Positions 45,976-58,500 of a DNA stretch of 64,000 nt are shown piece after piece (within the stretch, counting starts at the first letter, position 1; every line of letters starts with the position of its first letter). The notes under the pieces are model-generated. The model worked only from the letters and a program-made list of their open reading frames with translations, was not told where the DNA came from and searched no databases. Position numbers and translations under genes: made by a program. Source of the stretch: Phyllosticta citribraziliensis (taxonomy: Eukaryota); contig NW_027117351.1 of assembly GCF_038025025.1 (NCBI RefSeq), positions 248,001 to 312,000 of the forward strand, in the 5' to 3' direction.

Positions 45976-47126
45976 ATGACCCTTCCGCCGCCATCACCGC
46001 CATCGCCGCCGCCGGCACTCGACGCAAAGCACCACGCGCTGACGCGCCTGCGCGCCATCGGCATCGCCAACCTGCTCGACGCCAGCATCGCACCGCGCGC
46101 GAGCCCGAACGGGCTGATCCACGCGCGCAAGGTTCGCATCGACGAGCCAGACACGCGCGTCCTGGAGCTGCACGAGTGGCCGCCGAACCTGCTGTTCGAT
46201 GTGGATAGGTTGGCGCAGGCGTGCGAGAGGCCGGCGCGCGTCAAGGAGGTGCTGTTGCGGTGCGTGCGCGAGAGGCAGACGCAGCCGAGCGGGCGGCTGC
46301 GGAGAAAGATACGGTTGAATAGGGAGGTGCATGCGGCTGATATACAGATGGCGATGGCGGAGGTGAGGGGTGAGGGTGAGGGTGGAGCTGGGGCGCCGGC
46401 GGCCGCGGGAGAAAAGCGCAAACTGAGGGTCGATTCGGGGTCGCCGCTTGGGGAGCCCGGTGAAGGAGGCGATGGGGACGAGAGGCAGCCGATGAGGAAG
46501 ATGAAGAGGGTGCGTTTTGACGAGCTGGTACTGGGGGTAGGGGGACAGCGCGCTTCGCCGACCAGCACTACCACTACTACAACTATCAGCAGCAGCCGCC
46601 GCGTTGAGCGCCCGGTCATGGACACCAGCGTCAGCCTCCGCGCGCATGCTCCCAACAACGACGCCCTCGCCGCCTTCGAACGCAAAAGCCACCAGTGCTA
46701 CATGCTCATAGAGCTGCTGATCAAAGACCTAGACCGCCTCGACGAAATCAAGCGGCTCATCGGGCCCAAGACGCGCGAAGAAGACAACGGCAGCTCCGCG
46801 TCCGAAACCAGCGCCACGTTCGCGAGCCACTTGATCGCGTCGGCGCGGCTGAGCGACGCCACGCGCGACATGGACGGCAGCAGCGCGGCCGAGTTTGTCG
46901 AGCACTACAGGCTGCGAGTCGAGGACGAGCGGACGCACTTGGACCATCAGCGCGCAGTCGTTGAGGCGAGCGCGAGGAAGCTTTGGTGGGTTTGGTGTTC
47001 CTGCGGTGCTTCTCTGAGGATGTGGTGACTGACAGCTTCTGCAGCAAGCACATCAGAGAGAAGTGGAGCCCTCCGCTGTGTCTGAACAAGGACCTTCAGA
47101 AGCGGATCAAGGCGTTGTTGAATTGA
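45976..47126 (+). CDS. Family member P8, apparently intact; intron 46986-47044
   Basis: IGIANLLDASIAPR...VRIDEPDTRVLELHEWP...VKEVLLRCVRERQ...RLNREVHAADI; GEKRKLRVDS..RKMKR; ATFASHLIASARLSDATRDM; RKL-TG|GTGGGT..CTGAC..CAG|; exon 2 CKHIREKWSPPLCLNKDLQKRIKALLN*. Confidence 0.88.
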
Positions 47127-48540
47127 CGTCGGGTCGTCTCGCTGTCGGTGGCAGTATCGAGGAGCATTCGACCTGCTTCCAAGCAACACCCGGGAGCATT
47201 CCATCGTGTCCGCCCGGCGATACACAGGAGGATCTAGTTTCTTTTTCCTTGTGAGCTATGGGAGCATCCGACCGTCATCGAGGGTAGAGGTGGGAAGCTG
47301 ATGGAGCTTCCTTGTAAGTACCGCGGTCTTTCTCTTGGCAACGTGTAGCTGATACGTTTGGCCGTCGTCCAGGTACAGAACATGTGTTTAATACTCACGC
47401 CAACCACTCCACCGCACCTCGCTCCGTTCAAAAAGCAGTATGACCCCATATCGCCTGCCAATAGTCAGCGCCCATCTTTTTTTGAGGTCTCTCTCTTCTC
47501 CTTCGAGCTTGGCATCGGAGACGCGGACGCCTAGAAGTTGGTAGCTTGACACGCGACAAGTCTCGGACGAGCGAGCGGGGCGGCTGAAAGTTGGATGCAA
47601 AGATAGGGTCGCCCGGATAATGCGCATCAAGGAAAGGAGAAGAAAGATTTTATTTTCAGTGTCTATGAGCAGCTTTTGTGGTGCCTGGGGGATGGGGTTG
47701 CGTGCCATAGATCTGGAGCCACGATGGTCGCGTGCCTGGGTGGATGTTTCCTCATCAACGCAAGGCAGACGTTCGGGTAGAGCGGCACAGAGGGGCTGCA
47801 GGGAGGAGCGCAACGAGAGAAGAGTGATGAATTGAAAAATGACGATGATAAGCAGGAAAAGAAGCAGCGTTGTCGGATTAGATCAAGTAAACTCCCATCT
47901 CCGTCGCACCAGCCAGGACCGACGGCCGGGAACCACGGTCGCGCGCTCGGATGATGGGCGCGAGGGCTTCGGGCAGCAGGACGGAGCACTGGCTGGTGTG
48001 GATATCGACTCTGGGCTCTAGGGGTCGTCATTCAACGCGTTGTCTTTTGGACGAGAGGAAGAGGTTGAGCGGCGCACGGGAGGGATGGGGGGCTTTATGA
48101 CGGATGGGGCTTCGCTACTGACGGGCGGGTGGGATTGGGATTGGGTTCCTTGGGCAGTGAGTGGCAGGCTGGTTCCATCAGCGGGACCCCTGCCTTCTGC
48201 TCCTCTGCCACTACCGCAGACGTACATAAGCACCCTACCATCCCATCCCGTTCCGCCGTTCAATCCTTTCCTTTCTCCGCTGCCTGCCCACTCCTTGCTT
48301 GCCTGCTCACCGCCCGGCATTTACATCGGATTGCTGGCTGTTGTCGTTATTCCTTGGTGTTGTATTACACAGACTGCACTGCACTGCACCCGACCATTCG
48401 CGCCGACTCACGGTCCATCCGGACGTCTCGCCCCCTGCCCTGCTGCCCACCCGACACCACTGCACGAATCAAATCTCTACAAAAAAAGAAAACAAAGAAC
48501 GGACCTCTTGGCGCCACTACATCTCCACCGGGCAGGCACT

Positions 48541-49462
48541 ATGAAAGAGGACCCGGACGGCGACTACGCGCCGCGCTCGCCCGACCTGTCCGCCTACGAC
48601 AGCTCCGACACCGTCACCGCCTTTGACCAAAAGTATCGCGGCTCCATCTCGCACCCCACGCCCCACATACAACCACCACCACCACCACCACCACCACCGC
48701 AACAACCACAACCGCCGCTACAGCTCGCGCCGCACACCCCGCAGCACGCCCAACCCTACCATCCGCCGCCCTTTGTCAACACCCCAGGTACCGTCCCCAT
48801 GCCGTCCCGATTCGGGAAAATGAAGCTGGAAGCTGAGGACCATGATTGGAGCCCCCAGAGACACGCGCCACAACACGCCATGGAAGACCAACAACTTCCA
48901 CAACCTTCCAATGGCCTCAGGTCGCACTCGGAGCTGGCCCCCGGCGTCGCAGAGGGCATCGAGGTGCGGACAAAGTTCCCCGCCGCCCGCATCAAGCGCA
49001 TCATGCAGGCCGACGAAGACGTCGGCAAGGTCGCCCAAGTCACTCCGCACGTTGTTGGTGAGTCGCACCTTTTCCCCCCTCCTCAATTCCTCGTCACACT
49101 CGCGCCAACGCATTTTATCCCCCGCCGCAGCAAAAGCCCTCGAGCTCTTCATGATCTCGCTCGTCACAAAGGCCGCCAACGAGGCCAAGAGCCGCTCGTC
49201 GAAACGCGTCACCGCCGTCCACCTCAAGCAGGCCGTGCTCAAGGAGGAGCATTTTGACTTTCTAAACGAAATCGTCAACAAGGTGTCGGATGCCACGGCT
49301 GCCACGGCGACTGCTACTGCTGCCGCTCCCGAAGCGCGCGCCGGATCGCCCGACGATGCCGTCGCTGCTGCTGCTGCTGCCACGGCCGCGGCCCCGGCCG
49401 CCGAGACCAAGAAGCGCAGGTCGGGCCGCAAGAAGCAGCGCAAGGACAGCGACGACATGTAA
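48541..49462 (+). CDS. BUR6: NC2 alpha subunit (Bur6/DRAP1-like histone-fold protein); intron ~49058-49130
   Basis: [42 protein letters not shown]...[26 protein letters not shown]. Confidence 0.92.
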
Positions 49463-50595
49463 CACTTTTCACGACCGACACGACTTCTTTTTTTCGCCTT
49501 GGACCCTTTTTGCGCTGTCGCCAATCGCGGCTAGCTTGCTATTAGACCCTTGTCTTTTCACTCCTGTCCTCTTCTCTTCGCGACGGCTTTTCACAATCTT
49601 CGGGGGTTTGGCGTGCTACACGGGTTCGGGCTGCCTGTTGCAGACATGTACGGTGGATGATGGACGGACGGATGGATGCGATGACACAAAAGCCGTGTTA
49701 TGCTGGCTTTCTTTGCTTTGGCTTCGTCCCACGGCGCATGTAGGAGGAGGAGCGCGACCGACAAGCGGGCCGACGCGCGCGCAAGCGGCGCAAGTGGAAC
49801 AAAACAACGAAGTGACGGACCATTCTTTCGAACCGAAACTTGCCACTTCATCAACGCGCCACGCGCGACAAGTGCGCGTCATTTTGCTTGAGGCGACGGC
49901 ATTTCTGCGCAGAGGACTGTAGTTGGGGTGCGGGTTGCTGGGGTGTTGCGGTGCGCAAGAGTGGAGGGTGAGGCCATGGTAGCCTGGGTTATCTCTAAGT
50001 GAATAGCTCTATCGATGGAAGGTAGGGGTAGCTTACCATGAGCTCTGCATCGTTGCGTAATGGAGCTGGTGGTTACTAAGCGCGTTGCGGCTCCCGTCAG
50101 CCACTGAGATGGCTCTTGCTAGGAGGACGCAGCTCTTGAGCGGGTGCGATGACGAGACCATGCAGCGTCGCAAATTCTACTACTCGGCGAAACTGCCTCT
50201 TGTGAAAGCGAGATAAAACATGACCGGCTCACTAGCAAGTTGCTTTGGTTTGAAAAACATGCCTACCTGTAGGGTCCAGACACTCCACTGACGTCTGGCA
50301 GCCGGGGCAGCGTCTAACTTTTGTCCGAGATGATCGACGTCAACCCAGTCGTCCGCCGAAGCAGATGACCCCAGCCCTGCCAATCTTCAACACCACCTGC
50401 ACCGAAACCTGCGCCATCACGCGTCACACGCTGTCCTCCACGCGTCTCTGCGCGCCGTCGCCCTGCTCTCGCTCCAACAACCCACGCCGCCGCTCCTCAT
50501 CCATACGACGAGCTCTCGCGCTAGCTATACAACCTCTTCCTCTTCGACTGTAGCTTGACGGATCCGGCCATCACTCTCGCCTCTTCGGTCTCGCC

Positions 50596-51594
50596 ATGGC
50601 GCAAAAAGCAGGATTCGGCATGGTGGCCGCCGCCATGGCCGCTGGCATCGCCGTCGGCTACTCGGCGCAAATCGTCAAGCGCGAGAAGCAAGACAACATC
50701 GGCACCACACCCACAACACCCACGGCGGCGGCAGCAGCACCAAAGGCCCCGGCGCCAACCGTGTCGCAGGCCGTCAAGGGCGCCGCCAACGCGCCCGTCG
50801 ACCCGGACGGCCTCTTCCAATACGGCTTCCCGGGACCCGTCAACGACCTACGCTTCGCCAACTCGCTCGTGTCGTCGCACGACCGGCGCACGCGCAACCC
50901 GCACTGGGTGGCCGAGCACATCACGCCGGCGTCACTCTCACTGAAAAACGCGGACCGCAAGCACAGCAGCTTCTTCGAGGACGACGCGATCCCGGAGCCG
51001 TTCCGCGCAAGGCTCAAGGACTACTACCGCAGCGGCTACGACCGCGGCCACCAGGTGCCCGCCGCCGACGCCAAGTGGAGCCAGGCGGCCATGGACGACA
51101 CGTTCGCGCTGAGCAACATGTGCCCGCAGGTCGGCGACGGCTTCAACCGCGACTACTGGGCGCACCTGGAGGACTTCTGCCGCCGCCTGACGGCGCGCTT
51201 CCCCAGCGTGCGCGTCGTGACGGGGCCACTGTACCTCCCCAAGCGCGACCCGGCCGACGGCAAGTGGCGCGTGTCGTACGAGGTCATCGGCTCGCCGCCC
51301 AATGTCGCCGTGCCGACGCACTTCTACAAGGTCATTTTCGCCGAGGACGGCAAGGCCGGCGGAAGCGTCGCCCTGGGTGCCTTCGTCCTGCCCAACGCGC
51401 CCATCCCCAACGACAAGCCGCTCGTCGAGTTCGAGGTCCCCGTCGAGGTGGTTGAGCGCGCCAGCGGCCTGCAGTTCGCCTCCAAGCTGCCCGATGCGCG
51501 GCGCAAGCGGCTGTGCGCCGAGTTCCAGTGCTCGCTGGTCGTCAAGGAGTACAAGGAGCGGCAGAAGAGCTTTGGTGGTGGAGGAAAGAGCTAG
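50596..51594 (+). CDS. NUC1: Mitochondrial DNA/RNA non-specific nuclease (Nuc1/EndoG)
   Basis: YGFPGP, RNPHWVAEHIT, SGYDRGHQVPAAD, LSNMCPQVGDGFNRDYWAHLE, VAVPTHFYKVI. Confidence 0.96.
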   Translation: MAQKAGFGMVAAAMAAGIAVGYSAQIVKREKQDNIGTTPTTPTAAAAAPKAPAPTVSQAVKGAANAPVDPDGLFQYGFPGPVNDLRFANSLVSSHDRRTRNPHWVAEHITPASLSLKNADRKHSSFFEDDAIPEPFRARLKDYYRSGYDRGHQVPAADAKWSQAAMDDTFALSNMCPQVGDGFNRDYWAHLEDFCRRLTARFPSVRVVTGPLYLPKRDPADGKWRVSYEVIGSPPNVAVPTHFYKVIFAEDGKAGGSVALGAFVLPNAPIPNDKPLVEFEVPVEVVERASGLQFASKLPDARRKRLCAEFQCSLVVKEYKERQKSFGGGGKS

Positions 51595-52010
51595 ACGGTT
51601 TGAAGCGGCGTCAATGATGAAGATGCGGTTGCATGGCATTATTTGAGTGGTGAGGATTTTTGAGCTCGTGGTTGGAGATGGTATTTTTCTTTCTTGACTG
51701 CATTTCTATTTTTTTACACTTTCTCCCGCTTCTTCGTCTGGAGTGGCGTGTTGTAGAGTACGTAGAACCCGATATAAAGCGCTGGTTGCGCTGCGGTGCT
51801 GCGTCAAACGGCGCCGCCAATCTCCATCCATGCATGACCACCACCACCACCAAACCTCCCCTCCTTAGTTTTCCCCCCATTGTCCCTCTCCAAAACGCAC
51901 CTCAGCGACCCCAATATCCCCAGGACAATCCCCTCTCCTCTTCTCTTCCTCTCCTCCCTCCCTTTCCATCCTCTCCATCTTTTCCTTTGCCCTTCCTTCT
52001 CCTTCCGTTT

Positions 52011-52331
52011 CTACTGCAGCCCTCCACCGCCGCGCTGCTGCAGCCGCTGCACATACTGCCGCGAGACGACATTCCACCCGTTCATGTACTTCTCCAGGCA
52101 GGCGGAGAAGCAGGCCTTTTCGCCGCTCGACAGCGACGAGCCGGGCGTCGGCACGCAGCGCTCGAAGCAGTGCTCGTTTAGTTTCTGGTGGGCGTGTTAG
52201 CGGTGGAGTGGGGATTGGATCTGCTTTCTACATACGTCGACCAGCGCGCGCGCGTTGGCAATGGCGGCTTCTTGGCGCACTTGCTGCATGATGGCCGTCT
52301 TGCCGTCGCCGCTGGAGGAGAGGCTGTCCAT
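52011..52331 (-). CDS. TIM13: Mitochondrial small Tim chaperone Tim13; intron 52185-52235
   Basis: MDS...KTAIMQQVRQEAAIANARALVD|KLNEHCFERCVPTPGSSLSSGEKACFSACLEKYMNGWNVVSRQY (twin CX3C). Confidence 0.93.
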
Positions 52332-52779
52332 TGTGTGTTTTGCGTGTGTGGTTGTGTGGGGAGAGAGAGAGAGAGAGGGAGGACGGGCGGGGGGCGCGCG
52401 GACGAAAGGTGGGTGGGCGTTGAGTAGAATTGGTTGATTGGAGCGACGGTGTGTGGTGTTGTTGAAGAAGTTGAAAGTTGAAGAAGAGAACAAACTCGAG
52501 TGACGACAAGACGAGAGCTGCCGGCCCGCGGGCGGCGCGCTAGGGCTGACGGCTGGTCCGGGTTCCTTAGGTTCGTGCTGCGGTGCTGTCTCCCCCGGGG
52601 GCGTGCGGTGCCGAGACCACCGTCCAACCTTGAGGCCACCTCAGACATCACGGCCGCCATCGTATCCCATTCATCACCGCGAGCCTGCCGCCCATTCGAC
52701 GAGGAGCTGTGCTGCCTTTGCTGGCTGTCGTTCCCCGTCCGTTGTTGCCACGACCCACGCCGTCGACGACCATCTCAGG

Positions 52780-52780
<1 letters not shown>

Positions 52781-52815
<35 letters not shown>
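52781..52815. repeat. Poly-C tract (~35 nt) in the divergent TIM13/lectin promoter region
   Basis: Uninterrupted C run. Confidence 0.9.
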
Positions 52816-52817
<2 letters not shown>

Positions 52818-53048
52818 CGTGTTTAGTTCGGTCCCTGGTGGAAGCTGTAGAGGGGCGCCGCGTCTGGCTTCTTCTGAGCTCCACTGCTTGACGCTCTTTC
52901 TCTCCTTTCCATTTTTTTACTCGCCACTGTCTCTTATTTCGATACCGAGCTTCGCTTCTACCTCACGGCCGCCGTCTCCGCACTCCCGCCGCTGCTTAAA
53001 GGGTGCTCACGCCAACAACAAAACACCTCCTCCTCCTCCTCCTCCACG

Positions 53049-54316
53049 ATGCTTCTCCCATGGGCGACGTCGCTGCTGCTGCTCGCCAGCAGCTTCGGCC
53101 TCGGCGCGTCCGCGCAGGACGACGCCGCCGCCGAGCCCGAAGTCAAGAGCATACCGGTATGAGCATCCCAATTGGCATCCGCGCTTGATGCACGCCAGCC
53201 AGGGACACGCCGCTAACAACCAACGCAGCTCCGCACGCACAGCTTGAGCACGGTCAGTAGACGCCTCTCCCCAGACGGCCGGCGGACAAGCGCGGCCAAA
53301 CGCACGCCGCAGCCGCGCCAATGGCAGCAAAACACCAGACTAACACGCGCCACAGCCGTACCTCGACTCGGACATGCAATCGCGCTGGTTCGACTTCGGC
53401 GGCGACACGGTGGTGCGAACGGACCGCTACATCCGGCTAACACCGGACAAGGGGTCGCGGGCGGGGTGGATCTTCTCGCGCGTGCCGCTGACGGCGACGA
53501 ACTGGGAGATCGAGTTCGAGTTCAAGATCCACGGGCAGGGCAACCTGTACGGCGACGGCATGGCGCTGTGGCTGACCAAGCAGCGCGCGCAGCAGGGCCC
53601 CGTCTTCGGCAGCGTCGACAACTTCGAGGGCCTCGCCATCTTCTTCGACACGTACAAGAATAACCGCCCCGGCGTTGTTTTCCCGTACGTCATGGCTATG
53701 CTTGGTGATGGGCAGACGAGCTATGATAAATCGACGGATGGCAAGGGGCAGGAGTTGGCGGGCTGCTCTGTACGTTTTCCCTTCTACAACTCAACCAAAC
53801 AAAAGACGAGACAGGGAACAAGGGAAAACAAGAAGACGAGACACTAACATCACCTCCCACCAGGCCCGCGGCCTCCGCAACGCCGCCATCCCCACCAAAG
53901 CGCGCCTCACCTACTTCGCCGAAAAGTCCCTCACCCTCCAGCTGCAATACAAGTCGGAAACCGAGTGGACCGACTGCTTCACGCTGGGCGACAACATCAA
54001 GATCCCGCCGGTGACGTACCTCGGCTTCAGCGCCGAGACGGGCGAGCTGGCCGACAACCACGACATCGTCTCGCTCAAGACCAAGAACCTGTACTCGCCG
54101 ACCGGCGCCGCCGGCGGCGTGGCCGGCAGCAAGGACCGCGATCGCGCCAAGGGCCGCGCGCAGAAGCTGAAGCCGTACAAGGGCCGCAAGGGCGACGGCG
54201 AGGGCGGCGGCTGGGGCTGGTTCGTGCTCAAGTTTGTCGTGTTTGGCGCCCTGCTTGCCGGCGCCTATGTCGGGTTCACGGCGTACCGCGCGCAGAGGGC
54301 GCGGTCGAGGTTTTGA
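53049..54316 (+). CDS. L-type lectin cargo receptor (VIP36/ERGIC-53/Emp46-like), 4 exons including a 24-nt microexon
   Basis: Signal peptide; IP|LRTHSLST|PYLDSDMQSRWFDFGG, YIRLTPD, LYGDGMALW, FFDTYKN, ELAGCS|ARGLRN, YLGFSAETGELADNHDI; TM helix; C-terminal RSRF. Confidence 0.93.
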
Positions 54317-55504
54317 TGGGCTGGAGAGAGAGAGAAGTGAGAGGTGTGACGTGACGAGAGGACGTGGTGGGCTGGGAGCGTTGATTGAGTTGGATGGACG
54401 CGTTTGTGGCTGGGCTGCTTGCTGCAGCGAGTGAAAAAGTCAAGTGCGTGGGTAAGGTGGGTAAATGGTAGGACGTATGCGAATCGAACCAAGTGGAATT
54501 GATTTCATGCTGCAACGCAAAACTGCAGAGTGGGAAGAAACAGCTTACCTTCCCCACATCGACAGCGAGTGAGCACTGAATCGCTCGACACATGCAACGC
54601 GTGAGAGGAAGCAAGACCGCCTGTCATCCATTCAGTTCAATTCAGTCATCTCAATTCCTTTTTTTCCGCCGCGCCTACCCTACCCTATCAACCCACCCTA
54701 ACCTTTCCACTCCACCGACCGGCCAGGTATCCATTCCGTTCCGTTCCATCCCATCCCATGGCATCGCATGGCATCGCATCTCGAAAAGCAGAAAGACAGA
54801 GAGAAAAAGAGAAAAAGACGCCAGTAGCACCATACCATACCATACCGCAAGCTCCGCGGGCACCGCAAGCAGCATACCGCAACACAACCAAAGCGCCAGC
54901 CAGGCAGTAGGAAGGAAGACGGAGAGTAGTCCGTCGATCCATTCAACCATTCAGTCCGTCGACCATCCATTCAGTCGACCATTCTCAAGACCCCCCGTCG
55001 ACAAAACGAAAACGCAAAAAGGCAAATGTGAGAAGACAGAAAAAGGGTCTTGCTCTTTTTATTCCCCGTGGTGTAGCAGCAGTGGTAGCGGTGGCTGGGC
55101 TGCGTCGTCCACTGACGAAGAACCGCGGAAACCCGCCAACCCACCAATCCCACGCATTCCGTAGAACCACCACCAGAGAGAGGCCCAAGACGTGACGTAC
55201 GTCCCAGGCGGTGTGAATCAAGGTAAAAAACAAGAAAAGAAAAAAAAAAAAAAAAGGAAGAGCAAGAGGAGAGAAGAGGAGAAGAGGAGAGAAAACAACA
55301 AAAAGGTTTGCCCAAGCCTCCTCCGGTAGCCGATCCATGTAGGAGAAAAGGGGAGGGAGGCCGAGCTCTATCAAGTCAAGAAGTCGTGAGAGAAGCAAAA
55401 GTCTTTTGAAGGAGTTTGCCAAGAGAGTCTAGTTTTTTTGGTGGTGTGTCGTCGTCGTGATCAGCCAGTCGTAAGGCATGGAGCGTACGGAGCAAGCGCG
55501 CGCG

Positions 55505-58500
55505 CTACACGCCCTCGACGTCTTCCGCGTACTCCAATTCGTCGTCGCCCGAGACTGTGGCGCGTGTCGTTAGCAAACTGAAATTGGTCGAGCGCCTCTA
55601 CCAGAGCCGTCGCAAAAGTTCCGCCTCCGCTAGTCGTGGATTGTTTCGGAGGAGAAAAGCATGTCATCCTCCTCCCCCTCGACGCCGTCCAGATTCCCGT
55701 TGCCTTCGTCGTACGGATCAAACGTGGGAGACGGAGCAGGAGGGAGCGGACGGCTCTTGATGGAACGGTAGTGGTGGCGGGCATACTTACTCGACTCGTA
55801 TTCGTCGCTCTCCGGCCACGACCGGACGTACTGGTCGCTGATTTCGCACATGTGCAGCAGCTCGCTCGTCTCGACGTCGTCACCGTACACGTTGGGCAGA
55901 GCGTGACGCAGCGTCCGCAGGAAACGGTGGCAGTCCAGCATCATCGTGTGAAGACCTTCGACCGAAACGCGCGACACTTCGGCTTCCTTGTGAAGCACGA
56001 GAATACGCTCGAAGCCAACGCGCGTCAGTTCTCGAACAGCCTTGATGCGGGCGCTAGCAAGGGCTCCGTGCGGGTCCATGTGGTCAAGCCGACCAGGCTG
56101 GCAAGGTCCGTTTGCAAAGACCCAGCTGCGGATATACTTGGTCGCTTGAGCCTGAATGTCGCGTTCCTCGTACGATAGAAAAGCAGGCGCCCACTGGGGG
56201 GCTAACCGGAGAAGTTCGCCTTGGAAGAATGCGGGCAAGTTCTCGCCCCATCTTGCCCTCGGTGTGAGGCCCCAGATGTTGTTGAGTGTCCACAGGTAAG
56301 TCTCTGCAGTGGCCAGCCCGTCTTGGTCAACTTTTTTGGTAAAAGTGATCAGAGTTTCAATTGCCCGCTTCGACCAGTTGGGAGTTGAGGCGGCCCATAC
56401 AAAGTAGGCCACTGTCGAGATGTAGGGTTGCATAGCTGCAGTGTCCATAATCGCCATGCCCTCGAAGAGAGTGTTATATGTCTTGGTTGTAATGTCTGAG
56501 TCTGAGAGGCTGATCAAGGCCATGACAATCTCTCCGCAAGGTTGGCAAGTCGTAGTCGTTGCATTCTCCAGAAGCTTGTCGAGGACAGCGTAGCACGAAT
56601 CCTCGGGATAATAAAGGTATAAGAGGGAAGCTTCTGCAGGTGTCAAAGGAAACTTTGTGGCTTCTTCAATGGGACTGGCAATCTTGAATCTCTCGTCATT
56701 GCTCTTGGTAAAATTGAACCGAATGTCGAGGTGGTTTACCATTGCCGAGACGAACTGGCTGAAAAAGGTCAAATCCGGCTTGGCTTTCTTGTTCAGAAGA
56801 GCTTTGCGGACTTCCGGGTACGGCGTTACGATATTGCCATCGCTATCGGCTGTAGCTATATCCAGGGCCATCTTGAAAAAGCCTGTGTGCAACATCGATG
56901 CTCTCTCATGCGGGCCGAGATACCAAATGTTTTTCAAGAGGATAAAGTAGCTGTCCCATGGATGCTGGTAAAGCTCCAGACCATTTGCGGGAATCCAGCC
57001 AAGGTCAAAGACCATGAAAACGAGCCTTTTGAGCAGTTGCGGCAAGACTCCTGCGTCATGGGTCCGCTTTTCTACTTCGTAGACCTGCTCAAGCTCCGGA
57101 TTTTGCACATCGAGGCCGTATTCGGGGGCGTTACTGTCGCGAAGGCTCTTAAGGATGTCCACAAGAAAAGTCGTAATCCTGTTGCTGACGGGACTGATGC
57201 CATCGACAGGGCAGGAGTAGATGATCAAGTCACTCAGCGCATTATGGCGTTGATCGGAGAGCCAGTACATGAAGGACTGTTTGCACACGTGACATGAACG
57301 TGTGACGCGGATGAGGTCGTCGAGGATTCTTCCAAGTTCATCAATGTCGCCTGAGCGCCCCGTCACCTGGTAGATGTGTGTTATTGCCATTTCCGTCACA
57401 AGGTATTCCAGTTCGTGAGAGTCAGAGCAGACGCCGCGGTTGAGCGACGGCAGATGCAGGAGCAGTCGGCGAACGAAGTAACAGTGAGCGCGGTCAAACG
57501 AGCAGTAGTCCAGGATTTGTCGCTCGTTCTCTTTTTCGATTTCGTCTTCGAGTTCCTCTGGCAGCTTTGCAATGGGGTTCAACGACTGCGGGGCGCGGAG
57601 GACGTCGGATGAGCCGTGGGCAACCGCAGAGGCTCGCTGATATAGCAACATGTAAGCAGAAGTGTGACGGGCAGAGCCGCCATAGCACTCCATGTCGACC
57701 TTGGCCATGTCTTGCTCGGTGACGGTGTCGTCGTTGAACTTGATCCATCTGCCAGGCATATCCGTGGTGGGACGCACACGGCTGTACGACCAGTAGTGGC
57801 CCTGCTCTACTCCGCCGGCGTGGACCAAGATGCCGACCAACTCGAACCAGTCATCTTCGATCGGAGACTCCGGGTCGCTCAGGTACTCGACCTTGTAGGG
57901 GCTCATGTTGATGCGCGGCGGAAAGTGGAAATAGTCGTTAATCTTGCTCCGGCTCAGAGTGAAGGGGTCAAAGTCGAACCGCTTGAGGTGTACAATCAAG
58001 TTGTCGGGCACGCTTTGCAGGCAAGTGCGCTTGACGGCATTGACAAGACGGCCACCACACGGCTCGCACTTGTACTTGTTTTCGCCATCAAGGCTCTCTC
58101 CTTCGACGTAGGCGCGTAGACTCTCCTCCAGCGTCTCCTTACCCTTGACCTCGAGCGGCAGATTGAACAGCGTCTCAGTCGTCTCCGACACGTGTTGGCA
58201 GTCTCTTGACTTGATCTGATTGACAGAGCGGCCGCCGTAAAAGTTCTTCAACCGCTGCTTGTCCTCGGCGGTGGCGAGTTGGCTTTCTAGCTGGTCCATG
58301 AGCAGCCGGAAAAACTCTTCAGTGTCCATCTGGATGGTGACGTTGATGGGTTTCTTGTCTGTTCCCCTGACGCATAGGGCAAACGAGCGAATGTCGACCG
58401 ATCGGCCATAGCTGCTCTGCATTTTTGCAAACAACTCCTTCATGGATTTCAGCAGGCCGTCCTCGCCAGAGCCCTCGGCCTCGAAGATGAATTTGCGGAA

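Noticed and set aside
1..47200. Autonomous transposon or Starship explaining the islands
   Set aside because: No transposase, reverse transcriptase, integrase or tyrosine-recombinase ORF, and no TIRs or TSDs recognised in the window.
49960..50390. Small spliced gene divergent from NUC1 (minus-strand GTAGGC and GTAAGC donors)
   Set aside because: Could not assemble a convincing ORF.
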